Shown: positions 27,603-36,210, numbered from the stretch's first letter. The stretch is 64,000 bases of DNA from Clostridiales bacterium UBA7568 (GCA_002479075.1 DLLG01000004.1:373205-437204); one strand, 5' to 3'. Numbers and translations are program-made. Notes: generated by a model not told the origin, from the letters alone.

Positions 27603-27620
27603 TTAAAGGAGGAATATAAT

Positions 27621-28967
27621 ATGGATCTTCTGAACGGAAAGATCAAACCTATGTATTTAAAATATCTGTCGGCAGCTTTCGGCAGCGCTATGATCTCCTC
27701 GATATATTCTATCGTGGATACGGCAATGGTCGGACAGTACCACGGACCGCAGGGAACGGCGGCGCTGGCGGTTGTTGCGCCGGTCTGGAACATTATATAC
27801 AGTCTGGGGCTGCTTATGGGAATCGGCGGCAGCGTCATCTTCAGCACAAAGCGCGGTAGCGAAAAAAGCGACGGAAGCGAAAACCAATATTTTACGTCGT
27901 CGGTGGTTGGCTCCGTGGCTTTATCTGTTCTGGTATGGATCGGGGCTATATGCTTCGAACGACCGATTCTGACCTTTTTCGGGGCGGACGAAGCCTTGCT
28001 TGCAATGGCGCAGGATTATCTTCGCCCCATCAAATATGTGTTCCCGCTTTTCCTTTTTAATCAGATGCTGGCGGCGTTTTTGCGCAATGACGGCAGTCCC
28101 GGTCTTGCGACCCTCGGCGTGCTTTTCGGCGGCGTTTTCAATATTTTTGGCGATTACTTTTTTGTATTTACCTGCGATATGGGAATCTACGGTGCGGGGC
28201 TTGCGACCGCTATCGGCTCCGGAATTTCGTTTGTTGTGATGCTGACGCACTTTTTCAGCCGCAAAAACACGCTTCGTCCGGTAAAGCCCGAAAACCTTAT
28301 GCGCAAGCTACGGGAGATCACCGTCACGGGCTTCTCCACATTCTTTATCGATGTGGCTATGGGTATTTTGACGGTGCTTTTCAACCGCCAGATTATGAAG
28401 TATCTCGGCGCAAATGCGTTGGCGATTTACGGTCCCATTATTCAGGTCAGCACCTTTGTTCAGTGCTGCGCATACAGCGTCGGGCAGGCGTCACAACCGA
28501 TTATTTCAACAAACTTCGGCGCGGGAAAAGGCGAGCGTATCAAGGAAACTCTCCGTCTGGCACTCCTGACAACGGCGTTTTTCGGCGTGTTCTGGACGGC
28601 GCTGAGTATGGCGTGCCCGAATGTCTACATTCGCATTTTTATGGCGCCTACGCCGGAGATACTGGATATGGCTCCTGCCATTGTCCGCACATATGCGCTG
28701 TCATTTCTGCTGCTGCCGTTTAACATTTTCTCAACATACTATTTCCAGGCTATTATGAAGCCGCAAGCCGCGTTTATTGTTTCTGTGGCGCGCGGACTTG
28801 TCATCAGCGGTATTCTGATTACGGTTCTTCCCGGTATGATCAGCGCCAATGCTATCTGGCTGGCTATGCCGATTACGGAGCTTTTGGTTATGCTTTACGC
28901 CGCCGTGGCGATCCGGAAATACACAAGGGCTTTGCCGGCTTGCAATAATGGCTTCTGCAATAGATGA
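27621..28967 (+). CDS. MATE family efflux transporter
   Basis: 448 aa with a 12-TM profile. N-terminus KPMYLKYLSAAFGSAMISSIYSIVDTAMVGQ is typical of MATE/NorM proteins. RBS AAAGGAGG. Confidence 0.9.
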   Translation: MDLLNGKIKPMYLKYLSAAFGSAMISSIYSIVDTAMVGQYHGPQGTAALAVVAPVWNIIYSLGLLMGIGGSVIFSTKRGSEKSDGSENQYFTSSVVGSVALSVLVWIGAICFERPILTFFGADEALLAMAQDYLRPIKYVFPLFLFNQMLAAFLRNDGSPGLATLGVLFGGVFNIFGDYFFVFTCDMGIYGAGLATAIGSGISFVVMLTHFFSRKNTLRPVKPENLMRKLREITVTGFSTFFIDVAMGILTVLFNRQIMKYLGANALAIYGPIIQVSTFVQCCAYSVGQASQPIISTNFGAGKGERIKETLRLALLTTAFFGVFWTALSMACPNVYIRIFMAPTPEILDMAPAIVRTYALSFLLLPFNIFSTYYFQAIMKPQAAFIVSVARGLVISGILITVLPGMISANAIWLAMPITELLVMLYAAVAIRKYTRALPACNNGFCNR

Positions 28968-29330
28968 GTTCGGTACCGGTTTAATTTCGGCATAAAAACA
29001 GGGGGGAAAATCAATGCCCGGCCGGCTCTTTATGCCGAAAAACGGTTTGTACCGTTAGCATTCCGTCGGGGACGGAGCTACGCTTTTTATCGCGGGAAAC
29101 CGATAAAGCTCTAACCTCCGAAAGCTACTGTTTTGGGATGCGAGCCGGGGCTTACAAAAGACGGAGCCGCTTTGATTAAAATTATGAAGTAAAGTCTGCG
29201 CAAAGGAGATAATTCCAAATGTAATGCGCAGGCGCGAGAGCAAGCGGACTACATTTCAGAAAAATTCGATATATTCGCTCGGGCGGTTACAGAGGGTTCT
29301 GTGATCGCCTGAATTTTTTGCAAAAAACTC

Positions 29331-29389
29331 TTGCATTTTCGCTATCTCCGTGCTAAAATAAAAATACAGCTGTAACGCTACGGCTGTAT
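29331..29389 (+). promoter_or_regulatory. promoter and candidate TetR operator
   Basis: TTGCAT 29331-29336, 17-nt spacer, TAAAAT 29354-29359. Inverted repeat ATACAGC-N12-GCTGTAT at 29364-29389. Confidence 0.55.
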
Positions 29390-29412
29390 CTAAAAGAAAA
29401 AGAGGTGTTATT

Positions 29413-29988
29413 ATGCCGCGAAATTATATGTTTACAAAAGAACAGGTGCTTGACGCTGCGCTTGAACTGACGCGCGAAAAAGGATTTTCGGCAGTTTCGG
29501 CGCGGTCGCTCGGCGAGAGACTCGGTACGTCGTCACGACCGGTATTCAGCCATTTCAGCAATATGGGGGAGGTTCAGAGGGCGATTATAGATGCGGCGAA
29601 CAGGCTTTATCAGGCATACAGAAAAAGAGAAATCGCAGGCGGAAAATATGTGCCGTACAAGGCGAGCGGAATGGCGTATATACGTTTTGCAAAAGAGGAG
29701 AAGGAGCTTTTCAAGCTGCTTTTTATGCGCGACCGTTCGGAAGAGCAAATCAAGGAAAATCCGGAAGAAATGGACGCGCTGATCGGGCTGATTGCCAAAC
29801 AGGTTGGCATTGACAAGGCGGCGGCAGAGTTTTTTTATCTTGAAATGTGGGCGTATACGCACGGCATCGCATCTATGATTGCGACTGGCTATCTCAACCT
29901 TGACGAGGAGTTTGCAAGCCGGGCGTTGACTGATATGTACGAGGGACTGAAATGTCGCTATGAAAACGGAGGAGCCTGCAATGATTGA
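29413..29988 (+). CDS. TetR/AcrR family transcriptional regulator
   Basis: HTH VLDAALELTREKGFSAVSARSLGERLGTSSRPVFSHF. Confidence 0.85.
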   Translation: MPRNYMFTKEQVLDAALELTREKGFSAVSARSLGERLGTSSRPVFSHFSNMGEVQRAIIDAANRLYQAYRKREIAGGKYVPYKASGMAYIRFAKEEKELFKLLFMRDRSEEQIKENPEEMDALIGLIAKQVGIDKAAAEFFYLEMWAYTHGIASMIATGYLNLDEEFASRALTDMYEGLKCRYENGGACND

Positions 29989-30673
29989 AGCAAAGAAGAT
30001 TACAAAGGCATACGGCTCCGGCGAGAGCAAGGCGGAGGTGCTTAAAGGAATCGACCTGCAAATCGCGGACGGAGGGTTTACGGTGATTTTGGGTGCTTCG
30101 GGCTCCGGCAAATCAACGCTTCTCAACTGTCTTTCGGGGCTTGAGCGGGTAGATGACGGCAGTATCGAATACGACGGCTTGAATATCACGGGGCTCTCCG
30201 ATAAGGCGCTGACAAAATTCCGCAAGGACAATATCGGATTTATCTTTCAGCAGTATTACCTGCTTCCCGATATGACTGTTGATAAAAATGTTCGTATGGG
30301 CGCGGATCTTGCGGGGAACACAGCTTACAGGGAAGTCATAAAGGCGGTTGGACTTGAGGCGAAAAGCGCAAAATATCCGTCCGAGCTTTCGGGCGGCGAA
30401 CAGCAGAGGGTATCTGTTGCCCGTGCGCTTGCAAAAAAGCCGAAGGTTTTGTTTTTGGACGAACCGACGGGCGCGCTTGACGAAAAGACAGGGCGGCAGA
30501 TACTTGATTACATCTGCAAGCTACATAAAGAATACGGCTTTACAATCGTGATGGTTACGCACAACGCAAATATTGCGGAAATGGCGGATACGGTCATCAG
30601 AATGAACAGCGGGAAAATTGCCGAGAGATATACGAATGCGGTGCAGAAAACCGCTTATGAGATCGGGTGGTAA
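29981..30673 (+). CDS. ABC transporter ATP-binding protein (MacB/FtsE-like)
   Basis: ATG 29981 follows GGAGG. Walker A GASGSGKST, signature LSGGEQQRVSVARAL, Walker B VLFLDEPTGALD. Confidence 0.9.
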   Translation: MIEAKKITKAYGSGESKAEVLKGIDLQIADGGFTVILGASGSGKSTLLNCLSGLERVDDGSIEYDGLNITGLSDKALTKFRKDNIGFIFQQYYLLPDMTVDKNVRMGADLAGNTAYREVIKAVGLEAKSAKYPSELSGGEQQRVSVARALAKKPKVLFLDEPTGALDEKTGRQILDYICKLHKEYGFTIVMVTHNANIAEMADTVIRMNSGKIAERYTNAVQKTAYEIGW

Positions 30674-30677
30674 CGTT

Positions 30678-31808
30678 ATGGTAATCAGATTAAGAGACAC
30701 CTTTAAATTATTCGGTATTTCTATAATCGCATGCTGTGCCGTTTTTGTCTGTACGCTGTTTTTAAGCTACAATATCGATCTTGCGGCAATAAAAGACGAG
30801 GTTTTGGCAGAAGAAGCGGCGATATATAATGCGCAGGTGCTTATGGGAAAAGTTGTTTCGGGCGTTTCCGGCGGCTGTCTGATTGCAACTTCTGTCGTTA
30901 TGCTGTTATTCTATGTAAAAAACTATATCGGCACACACGGCAAGGAGCTTGGTATTCTCAAAGCGCTTGGCTACTCGAATATCAAAATTGCAAGGCATTT
31001 TTGGGTTTTCGGGCTTTCGGTATTTGTCGGTTGCATTATCGGGTTTGTTATCGGGCGTCTTTACCTACCGACGTTTTACCAAAAGCAAGCGCCGAACCTG
31101 CAATCGTTGAGTCCTGAATTTCATCCGCTGCTCGCGTTTGCCTTGGTCGGCGTGCCGACGGTCGTTTATTCCGCAATATCTGTATTGTTTGCCTGCATCA
31201 AGCTGAAAAGTCCCGTGCTTGATTTGCTCCGCGAAAAGCAGAATGTCAAAGCCAAAACCGGCGTGAGCGGGAAAGAGAATACGCCTTTTTTGAAGGACTT
31301 GCGCAGAGTAACGCTCAGAAGCAGAAAGTCGCTTGTATTTTTCGTAGCGTTTTCGGCGTTCTGCTTTTCGGCAATGGTGCAGATGTCGTTTTCTATGAAC
31401 GAGCTTGCGAGCGAAACGTTTGCTTTGATGATTCTGTCGATCGGGCTGATTTTAGCCTTTGTCACCTTGCTTCTCTCTCTTTCAAGCGTCGTAAAAGGGA
31501 ACACAAAGACAATCGCTATGATGCGGGTGTTCGGCTATGACGATACAACTTGCAGCCGTTATATACTGTGTGCTTACCGCCCGATTTCATATATCGGCTT
31601 TGTGCTCGGTACGGCATATCAATACGGACTGCTTAAGCTGATGGTATCAGTAGTGTTTGCGGATATCGGAAATATGCCGGAATACAGTTTCGATTTCAAA
31701 GCACTCATTGTCACACTGATACTGTTTGTGCTTGTCTACGAACTTGTGATGTATCTGTATTCCCGCAGTATAAAAAGGCTTTCCGTCAAGAGCGTTATGA
31801 TGGAGTAA
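30678..31808 (+). CDS. ABC transporter permease, FtsX-like
   Basis: ORF 30618..31808 trimmed to ATG 30678. Polytopic membrane protein immediately after the MacB-like ATPase. Confidence 0.8.
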   Translation: MVIRLRDTFKLFGISIIACCAVFVCTLFLSYNIDLAAIKDEVLAEEAAIYNAQVLMGKVVSGVSGGCLIATSVVMLLFYVKNYIGTHGKELGILKALGYSNIKIARHFWVFGLSVFVGCIIGFVIGRLYLPTFYQKQAPNLQSLSPEFHPLLAFALVGVPTVVYSAISVLFACIKLKSPVLDLLREKQNVKAKTGVSGKENTPFLKDLRRVTLRSRKSLVFFVAFSAFCFSAMVQMSFSMNELASETFALMILSIGLILAFVTLLLSLSSVVKGNTKTIAMMRVFGYDDTTCSRYILCAYRPISYIGFVLGTAYQYGLLKLMVSVVFADIGNMPEYSFDFKALIVTLILFVLVYELVMYLYSRSIKRLSVKSVMME

Positions 31809-31829
31809 GGCGGTTTACGGGGGAGAAAT

Positions 31830-31876
31830 CATTTTCTCAAAACCTATTGACAAACGAACGGTAGGTAGCTATAATA
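31830..31876 (+). promoter_or_regulatory. consensus promoter block, copy 2
   Basis: TTGACA 31847-31852, spacer aacgaacggtaggtagc, TATAAT 31870-31875. Near-identical to 17528-17574. Confidence 0.75.
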
Positions 31877-32035
31877 CAAGTAAACGATATTCAATGAAAT
31901 TTTGAAGAACAATATTGCGGAGGCTACCGAAATTCTCTTACGCCACGGAGACTATGCCGGCTCGGATAAGGAACGCAGCGGCGTTTGCCCGAGAGAATAT
32001 TTTGCGCTTTCCGAATTTATCAAAGGAGTTGCGAA

Positions 32036-32779
32036 ATGAATTATATAAGAATTACCAAAGACAATATTGATAAGGAGCATATCTGTTGCGCGATGTCCGG
32101 CAGTCAGAGCGTTGCAAAAAAAGAATGGATGAAACAGCGTTTTGCTGAAGGGCTTGTATTTTATCGCAGCGAGGAGCGTGGCAAATGCTTTATCGAATAT
32201 ATTCCGGCGGAAAATGCGTGGGTACCGATAGTAGCTGACGGGTATATTTATATCAACTGCTTGTGGATCGCCGGCGCTCTCAAGGGACACGGATATTCAA
32301 ACGACCTGCTTTCGGAATGTATACGCGACGCAAAGTCGCAGGGGAAAAAGGGCGTCTGTATTCTTTCCTCCGAGGGCAGAAAAAGAGAATTCCTTTCCGA
32401 CCCGAAATATATGGCATACAAAGGTTTTTCCGTTGTGGATGTTTCGGATTGCGGGATAAATCTTATGTATCTTCCGCTTGCAGAGGACGCAGAACCGCCG
32501 AAATTCAAGGACTGCGCGAAGAGTCCGAGAGATGACGGCGAGGGTTTTGTCCTTTACTATACCGACCAGTGCCCGTTTACATACTACTGGGTTCCGAGGG
32601 TACAAGAGGTGGCAAATGAACACGGTATTCCGCTTAAAGTCATTCATATAACAAGCAAAGAGGCGGCGCAAAGCGTCCCCGCCCCTGTCACGACTTACGC
32701 CCTGTTCCGGGACGGGAAATTCATAACGCAGGCGATACAGTCTGATAAGAAATTTCTTGCGCTTGCGGGCGTTAAATGA
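32036..32779 (+). CDS. GNAT N-acetyltransferase with C-terminal YoaP-like domain
   Basis: ATG 32036 follows AAAGGAG. GNAT core NCLWIAGALKGHGYSNDLLSECIRDAKSQGKKG. C-terminal FVLYYTDQCPFTYYW.. segment as in YoaP-type proteins. Confidence 0.7.
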   Translation: MNYIRITKDNIDKEHICCAMSGSQSVAKKEWMKQRFAEGLVFYRSEERGKCFIEYIPAENAWVPIVADGYIYINCLWIAGALKGHGYSNDLLSECIRDAKSQGKKGVCILSSEGRKREFLSDPKYMAYKGFSVVDVSDCGINLMYLPLAEDAEPPKFKDCAKSPRDDGEGFVLYYTDQCPFTYYWVPRVQEVANEHGIPLKVIHITSKEAAQSVPAPVTTYALFRDGKFITQAIQSDKKFLALAGVK

Positions 32780-32840
32780 AAGTCGGAAAAAGAGAAATTT
32801 AAATTATGCAGGGAAGAGCCTGCGAAGAAGGTTGCGGAGT

Positions 32841-33395
32841 ATGGAAATAAGGTCGCTTGACAAGAAAATATTCGGGGGAAAGAAATTCAGCGCCGTGTAT
32901 ATAACAAATGGTTATTATGATATTTACTCGTCCGATGAAGGCTTTTGTATGCATTATGTACCTTTTGAGGTGCCTGTCGAAAAATCGTTTGATGACGTGT
33001 TTTTCGGGGAGTGGCTTGAAAAGCCTGTTGCGTTCGGCGCATTTGAGGGCGAAGAGCTTATAGGATATGTTGAAGGCTCTCCGGAAAGCTGGAACAATCG
33101 CTTTCGGATCAGCAATATCTGCATATTTGAGCGCTCGAGACGCAACGGTGGAATCGGAACGGAGCTTATGAAAGTTATAACGGAAGCGGCCGAGAACTAT
33201 GGCGCGCGGATGATCGTTCTTGAAACGCAGTCCTGCAACGAAGCCGCAATCTCCTTCTATAAAAAGAACGGATTTGAAATTATCGGCTTTGACCTGTATG
33301 CTTACTCAAACGAAGATCCCGCGCGGCACGAGGTCAGATTTGAAATGGGGAAGAAGTTGCAGCACAACGGGCTTCGATGCAGAAAGAACGGATAA
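32841..33395 (+). CDS. GNAT family N-acetyltransferase
   Basis: ORF 32757..33395 trimmed to ATG 32841. Core RRNGGIGTELMKVITEAAENYGARMIVLETQSCNEAAISFYKKNGF. Confidence 0.8.
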   Translation: MEIRSLDKKIFGGKKFSAVYITNGYYDIYSSDEGFCMHYVPFEVPVEKSFDDVFFGEWLEKPVAFGAFEGEELIGYVEGSPESWNNRFRISNICIFERSRRNGGIGTELMKVITEAAENYGARMIVLETQSCNEAAISFYKKNGFEIIGFDLYAYSNEDPARHEVRFEMGKKLQHNGLRCRKNG

Positions 33396-33447
33396 TCGGG
33401 CGGCGCGCAAGAGAAGAAAGTTATATTCAGACAAAGGAGAAAACATA

Positions 33448-33993
33448 ATGAAAACACTTCAGAAGATTCAGAAAACATTTAATGTATTCAAGACGCTTGC
33501 AAAGGTTGCAGAGATACTTTGCATCGTCGGCGCGGCTATGCTCGGCGTCGGTGTGCTGTGTGCTGTTGTACAGTATAACGGCGGACATATATTCAGCGTT
33601 CTCGGCGAGCCGATGAAGCTCTTTGCCGACGGGACAGACCTTGTTCAAAAGTATGTTGAGCTTTTGTCCGGGGCTTTTATGCTGACCGCAGAAGCAATTC
33701 TCTTCGGGCTTGCACACAGCTATCTCAAATCAGAACAGGCGGACGGCACCCCGTTTACGGAAAAAGGCGCCGACAATCTCAGAGCGCTCGGCATAAATTT
33801 TATATGGATACCGATCGTTGCGATTGCTGCCTCGGAGGCGGTTGCTCTCTGGCAGGATGTTGAGAGCAGCGGCGTGACAGACAATTTCGGAAGCGTGATG
33901 ACGGGTATCGTCCTTATCATCGCTTCTCTGATCTTCCGTTACGGCGCAGAGCTGGAAAAAGGAAAAGGCTCCTCCGATACGGAAAAAGAATGA
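33448..33993 (+). CDS. membrane protein, unknown function
   Basis: ATG 33448 follows AAAGGAGA. Four hydrophobic segments. A terminator lies at 34026-34056. Confidence 0.55.
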   Translation: MKTLQKIQKTFNVFKTLAKVAEILCIVGAAMLGVGVLCAVVQYNGGHIFSVLGEPMKLFADGTDLVQKYVELLSGAFMLTAEAILFGLAHSYLKSEQADGTPFTEKGADNLRALGINFIWIPIVAIAASEAVALWQDVESSGVTDNFGSVMTGIVLIIASLIFRYGAELEKGKGSSDTEKE

Positions 33994-34025
33994 TCCGGCA
34001 GGGAAAAGTCTCATAGAATACAGAA

Positions 34026-34068
34026 AAAAAGCACGCTCCGGCGTGCTTTTTGTTTTGGATTATATTAT
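34026..34068. repeat. 43-bp perfect direct repeat, copy 1 (contains a terminator hairpin)
   Basis: aaaaagcacgctccggcgtgctttttgttttggattatattat is identical to 35270-35312. Confidence 0.95.
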
Positions 34069-34270
34069 AATCCGGAAGAACCAAGCCATAAAGAAAAAAT
34101 TTCCGAAATGTGCGAAAATTGCGGAAAAATGTTGACAAAATGGGGGGGGTATAATGGAATTGCTACATATATTTACAAATAAATTTTGCGTAAAAGACGG
34201 GTTGCCCGCTTTCGTACCGTGCATATGTTCTTTTGCGCAAACACTTACCATCATTTTGAGGAGGAGAATT

Positions 34271-35260
34271 ATGGACGTTAAAGAATTGGTTCAAAGTCTG
34301 TATGATTTAAGTAGCAAGGTTTTATATTACGAAGGCTTGGAAAGCAAGATTGAAACAAAGAAAAAGCTGCGGGCCGAGGAGATCGGCAGCGTTATAAAAA
34401 AGCCGCAGAAGGTTCTTATGAGATCAACGCTGAGCCCGAAGAGCGTCCCGCCGACGGCCAAAAATCTTTTCAGATATGACAACACGCATATGCCGAAGAA
34501 TGTGGAGTCGCGACAGAGCTGGACGATTTTTCTGACTGTTCTTTTGTCGGTGATATTGGTCGTTGTAGCGGCGCGTTTTCAGTCGGTGCTGCTTTTGTTC
34601 GCGTCTCTGATTGCGGCAGGTGTAATAATATTTGTGGTTATATTTGAAAAACCTTATGAAAAATATGCTGCCCGTCACAAAAATAAGCGCGACAAAGCGT
34701 ATCAGCGCGATTTGGAGGCGGAGCAAAAGGCTTATGAAGTACAATTTGAAAAGTATAAAAAAGACGTCGAAGAGAAAAACGAGTTTTTGAAATCACTTGA
34801 TGCGGAAATTGAGGACGCAGAGCGCGAGTTGGCTGGGCTTAAGCCCCAAATCGATGCGGACGAAAGCATTCCGTATGTATATAAACATTTTGAGGCGCTC
34901 GTATCAATAATCGGATATCTGGAAAACAAACGTGCGGATTCTCTCAAAGAGGCGATAAACCTTTATGAGAGCGAAACCCGTGAAAAGCTTCACAACGCCA
35001 AAATGGAACAATATGCAAAAACGCAGGCTCAAGAAGCCCAGCTTCAGAGAGAAGCTGCGGAGCGGACGGAACGCTCGGCTTATTTGCAAAGACTGGCTGC
35101 GGAGCGTGCGGCGAGCGAGGCGGCACGTCAAAGACAGGTTGCCGAAAATGCTGCGGAACAGCAGAGAAGAGCATCCGAAAGAATGGAAGCCGAAGCTCGT
35201 CAGCAGAGAAAGGCTATAGAGAAAGCGGCGACAGACATCACCAAAAAGCTTGATGAATAA
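34271..35260 (+). CDS. membrane-anchored coiled-coil protein, unknown function
   Basis: ATG 34271 follows GAGGAGAA. Central double TM segment (WTIFLTVLLSVILVVVAARFQSVLLLFASLIAAGVIIFVVIF). C-terminal half is rich in E/A/Q/R heptad-like sequence. Confidence 0.6.
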   Translation: MDVKELVQSLYDLSSKVLYYEGLESKIETKKKLRAEEIGSVIKKPQKVLMRSTLSPKSVPPTAKNLFRYDNTHMPKNVESRQSWTIFLTVLLSVILVVVAARFQSVLLLFASLIAAGVIIFVVIFEKPYEKYAARHKNKRDKAYQRDLEAEQKAYEVQFEKYKKDVEEKNEFLKSLDAEIEDAERELAGLKPQIDADESIPYVYKHFEALVSIIGYLENKRADSLKEAINLYESETREKLHNAKMEQYAKTQAQEAQLQREAAERTERSAYLQRLAAERAASEAARQRQVAENAAEQQRRASERMEAEARQQRKAIEKAATDITKKLDE

Positions 35261-35269
35261 TAAAATAAC

Positions 35270-35312
35270 AAAAAGCACGCTCCGGCGTGCTTTTTGTTTT
35301 GGATTATATTAT
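35270..35312. repeat. 43-bp perfect direct repeat, copy 2
   Basis: Identical to 34026-34068. Overlaps the stop codon of the Gx transporter gene. Confidence 0.95.
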
Positions 35313-35815
35313 TGCGTATTTGCGGGCTTCAGCTTCTTTATCAGAAGCGCAGAGACAAGCCCGACGAGCACGCCGGAGACGACGGCGGCGACGGAGAGGA
35401 AGATCAGATAATAGCCTATTTCCGCTGTGCCGAGTATGATGACAGCGCATAGAACCTGCCCGACATTATGCATAACCGCGCCCGCGACGCTGACTCCGAC
35501 TGCCGAAAACAGCGCAGATTTTTTCAGAAGTATCATAACGGCAAGACTTAAAACCGCACCCGAAAAACTGTATATAAACGACATAACCGAGCCGAAGAGC
35601 AGAGCTGAAAGAGCAACTCTTACCAAAGATATGAGTGCTGCGCTTTTCGGGTCAACAGAATAAAGCGCAAATATGACGGCGATGTTTGCAAGTCCGAGCT
35701 TTATTCCCGGAACGGCGGAGTATACCGGCGGGAGGAGAGCTTCTATGTATGAAAGCATCATCGCCACAGCCGCCATAACCCCGATGAGGGCGAGTTTTTT
35801 AGTATTTATTTTCAC
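35309..35815 (-). CDS. Gx transporter family protein (heptaprenyl diphosphate synthase component I-like)
   Basis: MKINTKKLALIGVMAAVAMMLSYIEALLP.. GIKLGLANI signature. Paired with a NusG_II gene, as is usual for this family. Confidence 0.8.
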   Translation of the reverse strand: MKINTKKLALIGVMAAVAMMLSYIEALLPPVYSAVPGIKLGLANIAVIFALYSVDPKSAALISLVRVALSALLFGSVMSFIYSFSGAVLSLAVMILLKKSALFSAVGVSVAGAVMHNVGQVLCAVIILGTAEIGYYLIFLSVAAVVSGVLVGLVSALLIKKLKPANTQ

Positions 35816-36174
35816 GATACCGCGTCAACCCCCTCGCCGGAAACGATCTTTATAACGGTTTTGTTCGGCAGGCAGGTTATCGCTTCGCCCGCAAAGCGGA
35901 TTTTCCTGTGTCGGACGCAGATCTTATCCGGGCACGAGGCGTCCGAAACGAAAACATACCCGTTTTCAATGACAAGGACGTTCGTTCCGCCGTTTTCAAG
36001 GGTGACCGTCAGATTTTCCGAAAGGGAATACCGCGCGGTCTCTTTGCCGTTCTGCACGACGGAGACATATGCCCCCTCTTTGCGCAGAGCAAAGAAGAGC
36101 AGAGCAAATATTGCTGCCGCAAGAAGTACGGCGGCTATAAGGATAATATCGTTTCTTAATTTTTTGTTTTTCAT
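35812..36174 (-). CDS. NusG domain II-containing protein
   Basis: TM anchor followed by VSDASCPDKICVRHRKI...ITCLPNKTVIKI. The start is uncertain: ATG 36174 is preferred over 36207 because the latter lies inside the hairpin 36187-36205. Confidence 0.7.
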   Translation of the reverse strand: MKNKKLRNDIILIAAVLLAAAIFALLFFALRKEGAYVSVVQNGKETARYSLSENLTVTLENGGTNVLVIENGYVFVSDASCPDKICVRHRKIRFAGEAITCLPNKTVIKIVSGEGVDAVS

Positions 36175-36210
36175 AGCTAAGATTTTGCCCGCACGGTGTG
36201 CGGGCATTTT

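Noticed and set aside
27514-27606. 30-codon upstream ORF (MFARRASCSEKQQPDKAQTETSVSLSGFFV) spanning the MATE leader and terminator, considered as a leader peptide.
   Set aside because: No Shine-Dalgarno sequence precedes its ATG and nothing suggestive appears in the peptide. It is kept only as a remote alternative to an RNA-only attenuator.
34132-34155. TTGACA ... TATAAT upstream of the coiled-coil gene, considered as a promoter.
   Set aside because: The hexamers are separated by only 12 nt (the spacer contains a G8 run), which is too short for a functional sigma-A promoter as written.
36187-36205. The hairpin gcccgcac-ggt-gtgcgggc between rnfB and the NusG_II gene, considered as a terminator of the rnf operon.
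   Set aside because: On the minus (coding) strand it is followed by an A-rich rather than a T-rich tract. The T run is on the plus strand, where nothing is transcribed towards it. It may be an mRNA-stabilising or processing hairpin, and it is used here only to choose the downstream start codon.
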